From a virus (taxonomy: Duplodnaviria > Heunggongvirae > Uroviricota > Caudoviricetes), in IMG/VR virus record IMGVR_UViG_3300037504_000201, positions 1 through 64,000 of that record: 64,000 nucleotides of DNA; one strand, written 5' to 3'. Of the stretch, positions 17,245-26,121 are shown one piece after another (the stretch's first letter is position 1; every line of letters starts with the position of its first letter). The position numbers were made by a program, and so were the translations under genes. A model generated the notes under the pieces. The model was given only the letters and a program-made list of their open reading frames with translations, did not search any database and had not been told where the DNA came from.

Positions 17245-18117
17245 ATGTACAAGTTTCGTTTTGTTCTCGCATTGGTTGTTCTGTCGCTACTGATTAGCGG
17301 ATGTTACTTACCGGGTACCGTGGATAGCTCCGAGGTCGGTCTGAAGATTACAAGCGGTAAGGTCGAGGATGTCCTGGAGCCTGGGCGCTACACCGACGTG
17401 GGTTGGTATACGTCTCTCGCTACCGTGGATACGTCTGCGAAGACCACTGACTGGAAGGACCCGGACCTGGTGACTAGAGATAAACAGCCCATCGGCCTTA
17501 CTATCTCGGTGACCTACGCACGAAACCGTGACCACAAGTCTATTAAACAGATGTGGACCCAGTACAATACAGAGGCGCGAGACGATAAAGCGCTGGCTGC
17601 ACAGGTGCTTAAACGTGTCCCTGGCGCAGCTAAGGACCTTACTACCCGTTACAGCCTGGACGAGATGCTCGGGATTACGCCAGACGCCCCTGGTCGGGCT
17701 ATCGTGACCCAAGCGCTATTCGACGCCTTAGAGCCGGAGCTTGAGGAGATCGGCATCAGTTTGCTCAATGTCACCATCGGTAACATTGCCCCGAGTGAAC
17801 AGTATCTTAATCTCTTGGAGGAAAAGGCCAATGCGCAAGCATCTACAGAGGTAGCGCGGGAGATGACTAAACAGCTTGAGGAACAGCTCAAACAAGAGGA
17901 AGCTCAAACCCAAATCGAGTTGGAGAAGGCACGTCGTCAGAACGAGGTCAATTCTGAACTAGCAAAGACGTATGAGCAATCGCCTGAATACTTTGAGCTG
18001 GAGAAGCTACGCTTGATGCAGGGCGTGATCGGCGGTAAAGACAAGCTCATTTTTATTCCACCCGGTACCGACCTGTCGTTATTGTTCTCTGCTGATGGAT
18101 TAGTCCCGCTTCAATGA
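17245..18117 (+). CDS. SPFH/band-7 (HflK/prohibitin-like) domain lipoprotein
   Basis: Signal peptide with lipobox LLISGC. EVGLKITSGKVEDVLEPGRY and a C-terminal coiled coil typical of SPFH. GC content is clearly below the surrounding genome. Confidence 0.7.
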   Translation: MYKFRFVLALVVLSLLISGCYLPGTVDSSEVGLKITSGKVEDVLEPGRYTDVGWYTSLATVDTSAKTTDWKDPDLVTRDKQPIGLTISVTYARNRDHKSIKQMWTQYNTEARDDKALAAQVLKRVPGAAKDLTTRYSLDEMLGITPDAPGRAIVTQALFDALEPELEEIGISLLNVTIGNIAPSEQYLNLLEEKANAQASTEVAREMTKQLEEQLKQEEAQTQIELEKARRQNEVNSELAKTYEQSPEYFELEKLRLMQGVIGGKDKLIFIPPGTDLSLLFSADGLVPLQ

Positions 18118-18305
18118 ACGAATACTCATTCAACCTGGCAGGCTGGACGGCGCATCGAGAAGACACGGTGCTGACGATGCTACTGGCAAACGTGATACAA
18201 GACCGGGTCACCGTCAACGTCGAGCCGGGCAGTCAAGTAGACGGCGCGGGCGTGGTGATGCAATGCGACGAGGAACGCGCCAAGGCCATCGTGGGCGTGG
18301 CGTAA
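18114..18305 (+). CDS. hypothetical protein
   Basis: ATGA overlap with the upstream gene. Confidence 0.4.
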   Translation: MNEYSFNLAGWTAHREDTVLTMLLANVIQDRVTVNVEPGSQVDGAGVVMQCDEERAKAIVGVA

Positions 18306-18361
18306 GAGAAGTACCATCGCAATTTGATGCGCTTTTACCGGCGCAAGGAGGGAACAAAGAC

Positions 18362-18712
18362 GTGGAAGAGGATGTGAGGCTTATAAATCTACTGAGTGAA
18401 AATGTTGAGTCTCTAACGACGGAAGTGGTGCAAGACATCATTGACGGATCGGACGAGGCACTTGTATTTTTTGCCGGGGACCCATTTAACCGGCGAGGTA
18501 TTGAGCCGGATGTCGTGCGCCGAATTCACACGCGCGACGCCAATACGACGGCGCGGCTGATCGTCGAGCGACTACGGTCGTGGAACAAAAGGCGACAAAG
18601 AGCGTGCATGGACCACAGTCGCCATCTTCAAATGATCAACGAGCACCTTTATCACGAGATAGAGGAAGCGGACAAAGAGCTTAAAGATTGGCTGTATGGG
18701 CCGGGAGGGTAG
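18362..18712 (+). CDS. hypothetical protein
   Basis: GTG after RBS AAGGAGGG. Start is uncertain. Confidence 0.35.
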   Translation: MEEDVRLINLLSENVESLTTEVVQDIIDGSDEALVFFAGDPFNRRGIEPDVVRRIHTRDANTTARLIVERLRSWNKRRQRACMDHSRHLQMINEHLYHEIEEADKELKDWLYGPGG

Positions 18713-18714
18713 CC

Positions 18715-19062
18715 ATGCCATATCACGTAACCTGGGACGACTTTTACGACGACCAGTTGCCAGACGAAGCGGAGCCAAGCGAGCGTGTGGCCTTTATCCA
18801 TTCCGGCGTCATTGTCTATGCAACATCGAACCGCTTTTATTACAAGGTGTTTAGCAAATCGCGGGGTTGGTACGCTATCGATATTCGGCAAGCTGCACAC
18901 TTGATGATTGCGCCAGAGTCGGTTGATGAGGTGGTGAATGGCGACCACCGACCATTGATTCAGATGCTGATTGACCAGGCCTTCGGCGCAACGGAGCCGG
19001 AGGACGTATTGATAAACCATATGGAAAGATTGAAAGGAGATAAACAAGAATGGCCGATTTAA
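18715..19062 (+). CDS. hypothetical protein
   Basis: RBS GGGAGGG. Confidence 0.5.
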   Translation: MPYHVTWDDFYDDQLPDEAEPSERVAFIHSGVIVYATSNRFYYKVFSKSRGWYAIDIRQAAHLMIAPESVDEVVNGDHRPLIQMLIDQAFGATEPEDVLINHMERLKGDKQEWPI

Positions 19063-19256
19063 CACTTTACGGTGCATGGATTATGGGCGATAACGAGTGG
19101 GGCACCACCGGCACCGGCGAGGTGTTCAACACACCCCACGTCGGCGTAGCCCGCGCGCAGGCGTGGCAATGGTGCAAATTTAGAAACACCGTCCCGGCCA
19201 AGTTTGGCGACGACGGCAAACCGATATTCTTAGGTGAACTCCCAGCGGACGAATAA
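19050..19256 (+). CDS. hypothetical protein
   Basis: RBS GGAGATAAACAAG. Confidence 0.5.
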   Translation: MADLTLYGAWIMGDNEWGTTGTGEVFNTPHVGVARAQAWQWCKFRNTVPAKFGDDGKPIFLGELPADE

Positions 19257-19416
19257 TCCGCTATGGAATAGGGGGCGTATAGGCACGACAAGAAAGGGGG
19301 TACTCATCAAAGCACTTAAAACTAGACCGGGCACGCTACATCTGAGGGGTCAGATAGCTGACCTGGTTGGCTTGAGGTAGTGGGCGGTGGTCGTGCCCCC
19401 GTCACCGCCCACGATT

Positions 19417-19506
19417 TACACGGTTCCGTGTTACTTAGCCGACTTAGTTTTAGCTCTTAAAACATATATTATATATTTTAAGAGAATCAATTATGTCAAA
19501 TTGATT
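19417..19506. repeat. AT-rich palindromic element, copy 4 (hairpin-extension type)
   Basis: TACACGGTTCCGTGTTA, then CTTAGCCGACTTAGTTTTAGCTC, spacer and arm GAATCAATTATGTCAAATTGATT. The TTGACA-18-TATATAAT it carries is on the minus strand. Confidence 0.75.
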
Positions 19507-19526
19507 TTAGATGAATAGGAGGTAAA

Positions 19527-19691
19527 ATGATGCAAGTAGTATGGATGGTGTTAGGTGTGGCGCTATGCTTCACCGGCGGCCTTGGCGTCGGGCTTGTCCT
19601 GGGCCGCGCCAACGGGTACAAGGAGGCGAGTCGTGTCAGGCGGCGCTATTACGGCCTGGGCGAGGAAGGGGCAGAACGTGACTTTACGTGA
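19527..19691 (+). CDS. small membrane protein (54 aa)
   Basis: RBS AGGAGGTAAA. One TM helix (VLGVALCFTGGLGVGLVLG). Not in the ORF track because it is under 60 aa. Confidence 0.45.
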   Translation: MMQVVWMVLGVALCFTGGLGVGLVLGRANGYKEASRVRRRYYGLGEEGAERDFT

Positions 19692-19908
19692 TTATCAAGT
19701 GGTCGAGGGCTACACGGCCCACATGCTGCGTAGTCGCGTCGTCAAGGCGATGCGTGACGGCTGGCGCCCCATTGGCGGTGTGGCGATGATGTACGACGGC
19801 AAGGTGTCGCGCTACGCCCAGGCGATGGTAAAGGACGAGGAAGATCAGTCGGTTTTGGACCGTCCCATTATCGACTATGCAGAACAGTTTAACGAAAGGG
19901 GTAAGTAG
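19678..19908 (+). CDS. hypothetical protein
   Basis: GTG start after GAAGGGG. Overlaps the upstream ORF's end. Confidence 0.4.
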   Translation: MTLRDYQVVEGYTAHMLRSRVVKAMRDGWRPIGGVAMMYDGKVSRYAQAMVKDEEDQSVLDRPIIDYAEQFNERGK

Positions 19909-20216
19909 TGATGACCAATAAAGAGCTACAAATAAATGTCAAGCGCGCGCTTGAACTGGCGCTTGAGCTTGAGCAAGCCGCGGCCGACGTGGCACAAGCG
20001 CTCGACGCATTCAATGAGGCAAGTTGCGAGCTTGGCGCCGCAAATCAGCGCCGACACGAACTGGCAATGGAGCTTCAACAGGTCGCGGACTTGAAGGGGC
20101 ATGTGCCCGGCGCGTCGGTGTGTATCCAGACCGGTGACGACATCGTGGTCACCATCACGCGCGTGCAAGGCGAACCGGTCAAGGCGTCGCGCCGCAAGCT
20201 ATACCGCGCCACTTGA
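19908..20216 (+). CDS. hypothetical protein
   Basis: ATGA overlap. Last gene of the + block. Confidence 0.5.
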   Translation: MMTNKELQINVKRALELALELEQAAADVAQALDAFNEASCELGAANQRRHELAMELQQVADLKGHVPGASVCIQTGDDIVVTITRVQGEPVKASRRKLYRAT

Positions 20217-20240
20217 CACGGGCGCGCGCCTGCGATACAA
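20212..20240 (+). promoter_or_regulatory. sigma70-type promoter
   Basis: TTGACA-17-TATACAAT-like (TACAAT). The -35 overlaps the stop codon of 19908-20216. Confidence 0.5.
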
Positions 20241-20246
20241 TAGAAG

Positions 20247-20320
20247 CATCTCCTCCTTGAGAGGCACCAATCGCTTGCCCCATCGGGCCACCGCACCCCC
20301 GATGGGGCAGCCTCTTTTTT
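20247..20320 (+). ncRNA. candidate small RNA (about 70 nt) with anti-SD motif
   Basis: Sits between the promoter at 20212 and an intrinsic terminator. Contains UCUCCUCCUU, complementary to the AGGAGG RBSs used throughout. Confidence 0.3.
20270..20320 (+). terminator. rho-independent terminator
   Basis: Stem TTGCCCCATCGGG / CCCGATGGGGCAG followed by CTCTTTTTTAT. It sits at the convergence of the + and - blocks. Confidence 0.75.
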
Positions 20321-21329
20321 ATCCCTCATCTATCACATCGGCCAGCTCATCAACCTGCGCGTCAAGCTCTTGCAGCGCCACAATACGCGCTGCTATCCGG
20401 TCGGCCAGCGCCGTAAGCTCGGCGGCCTTTTCCCGCAGCTCCGCCTCGTCCGCTCTCATCTCGTCAATCAATGCCATTAAATCCACCTTTCCATATTGTT
20501 GCAACAGCTCTTCTAGTCGCACTTCACGCGCGTCATCGTAGCCGGGCTGAATCGCCTGGAATATTGACGCGCCGGCAAATCCAAACCCATCAGCAGCGTC
20601 CAGCCTCCGCTCCACTCCGTCGATGTCGATACGGTAGCTTCCTCGATCAGGGCACCATCCGACGCCCATTATTACGCGCGAAATGTCGTGATGGGTGCGC
20701 CACCAGTCTAGCTCGAATGTCCAGTCATTGATGCTGGATTGATAATTCATCGGGACGAGAAAATCCACGCCCCAATTTAGCGCATCCTGCTGGACCTCGC
20801 GAAAGAATGGCGTGCCGCGGGGCCAGTCGGTGTACGGCCCGCCACTCAATCCGCCATCATACGTCGCCGTTCGGATAGCCGCCGACAACTCGCCAGTCGC
20901 CGATGCACGAAACGCCTCGACGATGCGCGTGATACCGGCTGTAATTCTATCGTCGATGCGTGGGCGATGGTCGTTGCCGGACACGTCGTATTTGTCCACT
21001 CGAATGCCATCGAGGTGGACATTGCCACTCAGCGCGGGAAAGCGCTCTATCGGCGCCAGCGATGACGCAACGAACCTATGCAATTGCGTCTCGCCCTGAT
21101 CGCCCACCGCCCAAGGCCGCGCGAACTCCAGACACCACACCCACAAGTGACAGCGCACGCCAATACCGGTCAGCGCGTCGATAGTAGCGCCAAATGCCTC
21201 TGCCGTGCCGCCGTACACCTCCGGCTGCAAAAGGTAAGCGTCGGTATACGATGCACGCTCAAAATGCTCAATCAGTCGCTCCTGCCGGTCGGTATACGCA
21301 CTCGGATTGATCCACGCCGCAATTCTCAT
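20319..21329 (-). CDS. TIM-barrel glycoside hydrolase-like protein with C-terminal coiled coil (possible endolysin)
   Basis: 336 aa. GH-like barrel pattern. Terminal gene of the late operon. Confidence 0.35.
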   Translation of the reverse strand: MRIAAWINPSAYTDRQERLIEHFERASYTDAYLLQPEVYGGTAEAFGATIDALTGIGVRCHLWVWCLEFARPWAVGDQGETQLHRFVASSLAPIERFPALSGNVHLDGIRVDKYDVSGNDHRPRIDDRITAGITRIVEAFRASATGELSAAIRTATYDGGLSGGPYTDWPRGTPFFREVQQDALNWGVDFLVPMNYQSSINDWTFELDWWRTHHDISRVIMGVGWCPDRGSYRIDIDGVERRLDAADGFGFAGASIFQAIQPGYDDAREVRLEELLQQYGKVDLMALIDEMRADEAELREKAAELTALADRIAARIVALQELDAQVDELADVIDEG

Positions 21330-21616
21330 CCCATCACCTCGTAAATTTGCGGCAGTATCTCCGGCTCGACCACTACATCACCCACGACCTCCATAAGCAG
21401 CACGCGCTCGGCCTGCGATAGCTCAAGCTCGCCGGCCTCAATCCGCGCCAACAGATCCGCCTTGGCGAGTGTCACGAACGCCTGGTAGGCCGGCAATTGT
21501 CGCGTGTGACCGCGTAGCGCCTGGGCCAGCACGTCGCCAACCGTGAGCGCCTTTCCGTTTCGCGTGGCCGGCTTACCGTTGATCTTGACAACTTGCGACA
21601 ATTCAATTACGTCCAT
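21326..21616 (-). CDS. hypothetical protein
   Basis: Overlaps the downstream gene's start. Confidence 0.45.
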   Translation of the reverse strand: MDVIELSQVVKINGKPATRNGKALTVGDVLAQALRGHTRQLPAYQAFVTLAKADLLARIEAGELELSQAERVLLMEVVGDVVVEPEILPQIYEVMG

Positions 21617-21996
21617 TACGCCACCTTTTCGAGATTGGTGTCCGTGCCGCCGTCGAACGTCGTGTACAGCGTGCCGAGATTGGAAATCACGCTCGTAAAC
21701 GACGTCAGCCGTGATTCGTTGGTCGGGACAATCCCTAGATGCTCGGGGTCAAAGCTGGCCTCATCAATGAGAGACTGAAACAGCGTCTCCCAGCGCTCGG
21801 TCAGCGAGTGCGCCCGTTCCATCATGAGCCGGTAATCCCGCGCAAACTGCCGCACGTCCTCGATGAACTGTCCTTCTTTGGTCATTTCTGCCATTTTCTC
21901 CATAGCCTCCGTTTCGCTATCGAAATACAATTTCTCGTCTATGTCGCGCAGCCATAGCACCCACTGCGTCTCGTCTCTGTAAATTCTTGCATTCAT
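21616..21996 (-). CDS. hypothetical protein
   Basis: 126 aa, acidic. Confidence 0.45.
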   Translation of the reverse strand: MNARIYRDETQWVLWLRDIDEKLYFDSETEAMEKMAEMTKEGQFIEDVRQFARDYRLMMERAHSLTERWETLFQSLIDEASFDPEHLGIVPTNESRLTSFTSVISNLGTLYTTFDGGTDTNLEKVA

Positions 21997-22005
21997 AATC
22001 CAGTC

Positions 22006-23763
22006 CTACGCATTATACAACTGAATGTATTTAAATGTGCCGTTGACGGCCACACGAAGCCGGGCATAGGCCGACCCTACAGCGTTGACGGTATCAACCG
22101 GGTCGCCGTCGCCTACGCTGCTGATGAAATTGATAAACTCCTCAGAGTCGTCGGCCTGATCCAATTCTAGCACCGGAATGGCGCCGGACGAATCCGATTG
22201 GTCAATGGAAACCTGGCCGGATGGCGATATGGTGCCTATGCCGACGCGACCAGAATACAGAATAGACAATAGATTGTCTGAAAATCCGCCCGCGTCCGTG
22301 CGGGACTGAAAAGCAAGCCGATTGTCGCCGCCCGCTGCGCTTGGTGTCACGTTGACCATCGCGAAATTTTTTCTATTCGCAGCCGCCTGCGAGCCATCAG
22401 AATTTAGCTCAAATCGTGATACGCCATTATTAAGAGTGGTTAGTCCACTGTCAATTCGAAATACAACATTTGACGAATTGTATACCTCCACGCTTGCATC
22501 GGGGCTATTTGTGCCAAATCCAACCTTGCCATCGCTCCCCCGCACGAACAGCGCGTTGGCCTCTCCGACGGCTTCAATCCGCGTGTCAACGTCCTGGGCG
22601 TCGTCGTTTATCACCACCTCGCCCTCGTCGATGCTGCCGTTGTATCCACTAAGGCGCAACAGCTCGCGTTGTGTATCATCCATCCATATTTTAAATATCA
22701 ACTCGCCGCCCTCGCCGCCGTCGGTAACATCGGCGCTTTTACCGCCTATGGTGACGAATCTTGTCTGATTATCACCGTCGTCGTTGCCGTAAAAATCAAT
22801 GGCGCCCAGCCAATCCCCGTCTGCCGGGCTGGAGCTATCCTTGATAAAAAGCAGCGCCGCAGGGTTGGCGTCGTCGTTGGTATTCTCAATCTCGATTTCC
22901 GGCTTGTTTGTTGCGCTATCCGTGACCTTGAACTCGTGCAGCGTCAGCAAGCCGTCCGAGTCCGTCGCTAACACGCGCGCGTTAGCGCCGGGGTCACTGT
23001 CGGCGCCTTCGATATACACATTGTCCCAGCCGCTGATCGTGCCGGTGACGTGTACGTCTTGCAGATAAAGATCGGCCCCCGCCACACCGGTCAAGTCGCC
23101 GTCGATGCGCGTGGAACGGATGCGTGTTGTGGTCGCCGCTGAGCACACCACATCGCCTTCAATCTCGCAGCCCTCAATATCTACCCCGCCACCGCAAAGG
23201 TCTACCGCCTCTCCACTGGACTCGTTGCTCATAAAAATGCGACATTGGACAATCGTGCTCTCGATAGTCCCATCGCCTCTCATTTTTACGCCGGTCACAT
23301 CGCGCCCGGTAGCGGCACCGTCCATGTTGATGTAGCATTGCTGCAAGTGCGTGTGGAATGCTCCGCTTGCGTCGATACCGATAAAATCCCCAGCGCCACC
23401 GGACAACGTGCGCGTGATGTGCATCCACACAACGTTAACATCGTTGTCTAGATCGAGAATCGGCCCGGTATCGTCCTCGCCGCCCAGTTGCACGATGCCG
23501 CTATCTTTAGCGCCGCCAAAGCCCAGCATCGTGACAAATTGCTCGTCAAGCGTCACATTTTCATTGTACACGCCTGGCATAATCGCCAATAGGTCGCTGG
23601 TAGAGCACGCGGCCTCGCCTTCCGTGACGGTGTCGTAATCCGCGTTGGATTTGGCGACGACGACAACGTTCTCAAAGTCCTGCAAATTGCCGCCAATACT
23701 CTCGACAATGACTTTCGAGAGTACGCTGCCGCTTGTGTTGATCGTAACCGCCGGAAACCTCAT
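22006..23763 (-). CDS. tail fibre/spike with beta-helix (pectin-lyase fold)
   Basis: ATGA coupling at 23763. Repeated beta-helix rungs (GDGTIESTIVQCRIF, VDIEGCEIEGDVV). Confidence 0.5.
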   Translation of the reverse strand: MRFPAVTINTSGSVLSKVIVESIGGNLQDFENVVVVAKSNADYDTVTEGEAACSTSDLLAIMPGVYNENVTLDEQFVTMLGFGGAKDSGIVQLGGEDDTGPILDLDNDVNVVWMHITRTLSGGAGDFIGIDASGAFHTHLQQCYINMDGAATGRDVTGVKMRGDGTIESTIVQCRIFMSNESSGEAVDLCGGGVDIEGCEIEGDVVCSAATTTRIRSTRIDGDLTGVAGADLYLQDVHVTGTISGWDNVYIEGADSDPGANARVLATDSDGLLTLHEFKVTDSATNKPEIEIENTNDDANPAALLFIKDSSSPADGDWLGAIDFYGNDDGDNQTRFVTIGGKSADVTDGGEGGELIFKIWMDDTQRELLRLSGYNGSIDEGEVVINDDAQDVDTRIEAVGEANALFVRGSDGKVGFGTNSPDASVEVYNSSNVVFRIDSGLTTLNNGVSRFELNSDGSQAAANRKNFAMVNVTPSAAGGDNRLAFQSRTDAGGFSDNLLSILYSGRVGIGTISPSGQVSIDQSDSSGAIPVLELDQADDSEEFINFISSVGDGDPVDTVNAVGSAYARLRVAVNGTFKYIQLYNA

Positions 23764-24362
23764 GTTATCACCCTGCACCTAAACTCTGAGACGGGTTCGG
23801 TGTAAAACACTTTCATCTGCATCAAGTCAATGTCGGCGCGCGTGTTGGTAGCCGTGGCAAACGCCTCAACCTGAATCGCCACGCCAAAGGAAGAATGCTC
23901 CACATACGCCTCGTTGATCGTGCCGGACAAGCCCCACAGATTCGACTCGTCGCCGCTAGGCAGCGTCACCGTCTCGTAATTGTCGGTACTGACACCCGAT
24001 GCGGCTTGCCAGTCCGCCGTATCGCCAGAGTTATCACTGCCAACAAGGCTGCCACCATAGACGAGCTTCATCACCTTGGTGCGCAGCGAGCGGTCAACAC
24101 CACCATCGGCGTCGTATCGCTTTTGGCGCACCATCTTGACTTGCACGCCGGTGATCTCAGAGCCGGTCGGGATAGAGAAGTTGAAATCGTAGGCTTTTAA
24201 AATGTCCGACTCTTCACCAGAGTCAAATCCGCCAGCGCCACCGACGGTAGATGCCGGCGTGGCGTCCTGGGAGCGGATGTTGCTGGTATTGCTCCAGGTC
24301 ACGCCGTCGGCGCCTGCCGTCGTCGCCTCTGCCGTAGACGATTTCCATCCCGTATCACTCAT
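23760..24362 (-). CDS. tail/baseplate protein
   Basis: TGATG coupling with RBS GGAGAG. Confidence 0.45.
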   Translation of the reverse strand: MSDTGWKSSTAEATTAGADGVTWSNTSNIRSQDATPASTVGGAGGFDSGEESDILKAYDFNFSIPTGSEITGVQVKMVRQKRYDADGGVDRSLRTKVMKLVYGGSLVGSDNSGDTADWQAASGVSTDNYETVTLPSGDESNLWGLSGTINEAYVEHSSFGVAIQVEAFATATNTRADIDLMQMKVFYTEPVSEFRCRVIT

Positions 24363-24784
24363 CAGTCTATTCTCTCCACAAAAATGATGACTTCGATCTG
24401 CGTGCACGTCGTGACGCTATCTAGGTTGAATACCAACCAGTCGCCTTCGTTGATTGTCAATTGCGACCAGTCCGGCGCGCTATCTTCGCGCACCTGCTCG
24501 CTCGATAGATAAGGCTCGGTGCCGGTATCCACCATGCTGTCGGCGTTGGTGGGCGGAAAGTTGGCGTGCGTGTCTTTCCAGATGTCAACGACGCAACTTC
24601 CGGACTGATCCGCCGCCACCGACCAGCCGGTTACACGGCATTTGAATGATAATCTTTCGTACCCCTTTACGCCCGTCGTCGGCTCCGACTGTCCGTTGCC
24701 GATAGTGGCGTGAATTTGACCTTCCGGATAATCTTTAGTGCTGTCTCGCACTACAAGGCGACCTGAGCTATCTAGCGTTGGCAT
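24362..24784 (-). CDS. tail/baseplate protein
   Basis: TAATG coupling. Confidence 0.45.
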   Translation of the reverse strand: MPTLDSSGRLVVRDSTKDYPEGQIHATIGNGQSEPTTGVKGYERLSFKCRVTGWSVAADQSGSCVVDIWKDTHANFPPTNADSMVDTGTEPYLSSEQVREDSAPDWSQLTINEGDWLVFNLDSVTTCTQIEVIIFVERID

Positions 24785-26121
24785 TAGTTGTTGATTGCCT
24801 CCCCCGTGATGTAGGCGTAAATTTTACTGGCCTCTTCCGCCTCTACCACTATCGTCTCAGACGCATCCAGCGCCCCCGCGCCGTCAATGATGTGCGTGTG
24901 CCCGCCGCCAAGCTCAATGTCCACAATGACGCGGCTGTCTAGCTTGACCGAAATGTCCAGCGCAGTCGATTTTGAGTTGTGGAGCGTGATCGACTCGACG
25001 CGCAATTTTTGTCCAGCCGCAACCGTGTAAGCCGTCGTCGCGGCTGCCGGCACCTGCGCGCCGTACAACTGCTCGGTCGCCACGTCAACGATCCCGCTGA
25101 TGGAATAATCCACCTTTGACGCGGTGTCGGTGTGGCCCTCGATCAAATCCAGCGCGTCAAGCGTGCGTGGCGTGGCGTCGATGTAGGTGCCGCCCGCCTC
25201 CAGCGAAAAATCAACGACGACCTGACCATCCATCTTAATCTGGATGTCTTCGCTTGACGAGTTGGTGTTGTGGATGACAATCCTCGTCACGCGCACGTTC
25301 TCGCCAGCCGGCGCCGTGTACAGCGTGTTGGACGCCGAGGGAAGTTGTCCGCTCGCCAGCTTCTCTTCAACGTCCACCGACAATCCTTGCACGCTGTTGA
25401 GGAAGCGCAAATCCATCCTCACACGGCTGGTGCTGGCCGACGTGTCGCCGGCCTCAAGCCAAATCGCCGCCAGCGCAAACTCACCCTCCGGCACCCGCGG
25501 CACATCCTCTATCGTGATCGCCGCCTCGGCATCGCCCTCTGTGACGTTGACCGTCGCGCTCTCGGTCAATGTCAGTAGCACCCACTTGGCGCCATTTGCA
25601 GGCACGTAGCTAGACAGATCGACCTCGGTCACCGTCTTGATCTCGGCATAGGTGGCACCGACCGGATAGGCGCCGGGCAGCACGTCGTATTTGACGCCCG
25701 TCGCTTGCGGCTGCACGCGCAAGGGGAAGATTTGCAGCATATGCAGATTGTTGGTGCGATCCGTGCCGTCCCATCCGTGCTCTTCACCGTGCAGATGCAT
25801 TAAATCTGGCGGTGTCACCCCGTCGATGATATAACTCTCACGCTCCACGCCGACGATGACCCAGCTTGCGTCCCCCCACCGCTTGCGGTCGCGTGTCACG
25901 CGCACCAGCGCATCAGGCCATGGCTTTACATCGCCGTACACCCGGATGCGTGATCCCTCTGTGCCGTCGGGATTGAGAATCGCGACCAGATGCTCTTGCT
26001 TGTCCTCATCTGCAAGCTCGATATAGCGCGCCAGATAGACCGACGGCGCATCTTCTTTTTTGTTGCTCCAGGCCGACACAGCGGCTTGAAGGCGCGAGCG
26101 TGCATCGTTGAGGTTAGCCAT
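24784..26121 (-). CDS. tail protein with two internal Ig-like repeats
   Basis: Two 50-aa segments repeat (LYTAPAGENVRVTRIVIHN and AYTVAAGQKLRVESITLHN). Confidence 0.45.
   Translation of the reverse strand: MANLNDARSRLQAAVSAWSNKKEDAPSVYLARYIELADEDKQEHLVAILNPDGTEGSRIRVYGDVKPWPDALVRVTRDRKRWGDASWVIVGVERESYIIDGVTPPDLMHLHGEEHGWDGTDRTNNLHMLQIFPLRVQPQATGVKYDVLPGAYPVGATYAEIKTVTEVDLSSYVPANGAKWVLLTLTESATVNVTEGDAEAAITIEDVPRVPEGEFALAAIWLEAGDTSASTSRVRMDLRFLNSVQGLSVDVEEKLASGQLPSASNTLYTAPAGENVRVTRIVIHNTNSSSEDIQIKMDGQVVVDFSLEAGGTYIDATPRTLDALDLIEGHTDTASKVDYSISGIVDVATEQLYGAQVPAAATTAYTVAAGQKLRVESITLHNSKSTALDISVKLDSRVIVDIELGGGHTHIIDGAGALDASETIVVEAEEASKIYAYITGEAINN

Noticed and set aside
19257-19420. tRNA genes in non-coding gaps (19257-19420, 55850-55940, 58880-59050, 62640-62720).
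   Set aside because: No cloverleaf-compatible stems or GTTCGAAT-like T-loop were found. The hairpins look like terminators or operators.
20270-20320. The convergence-point terminator as bidirectional.
   Set aside because: The T-tract is only on the + strand side. The minus-strand RNA would have an A-tract before the stem and no U-run after it, so it likely terminates + strand transcription only.
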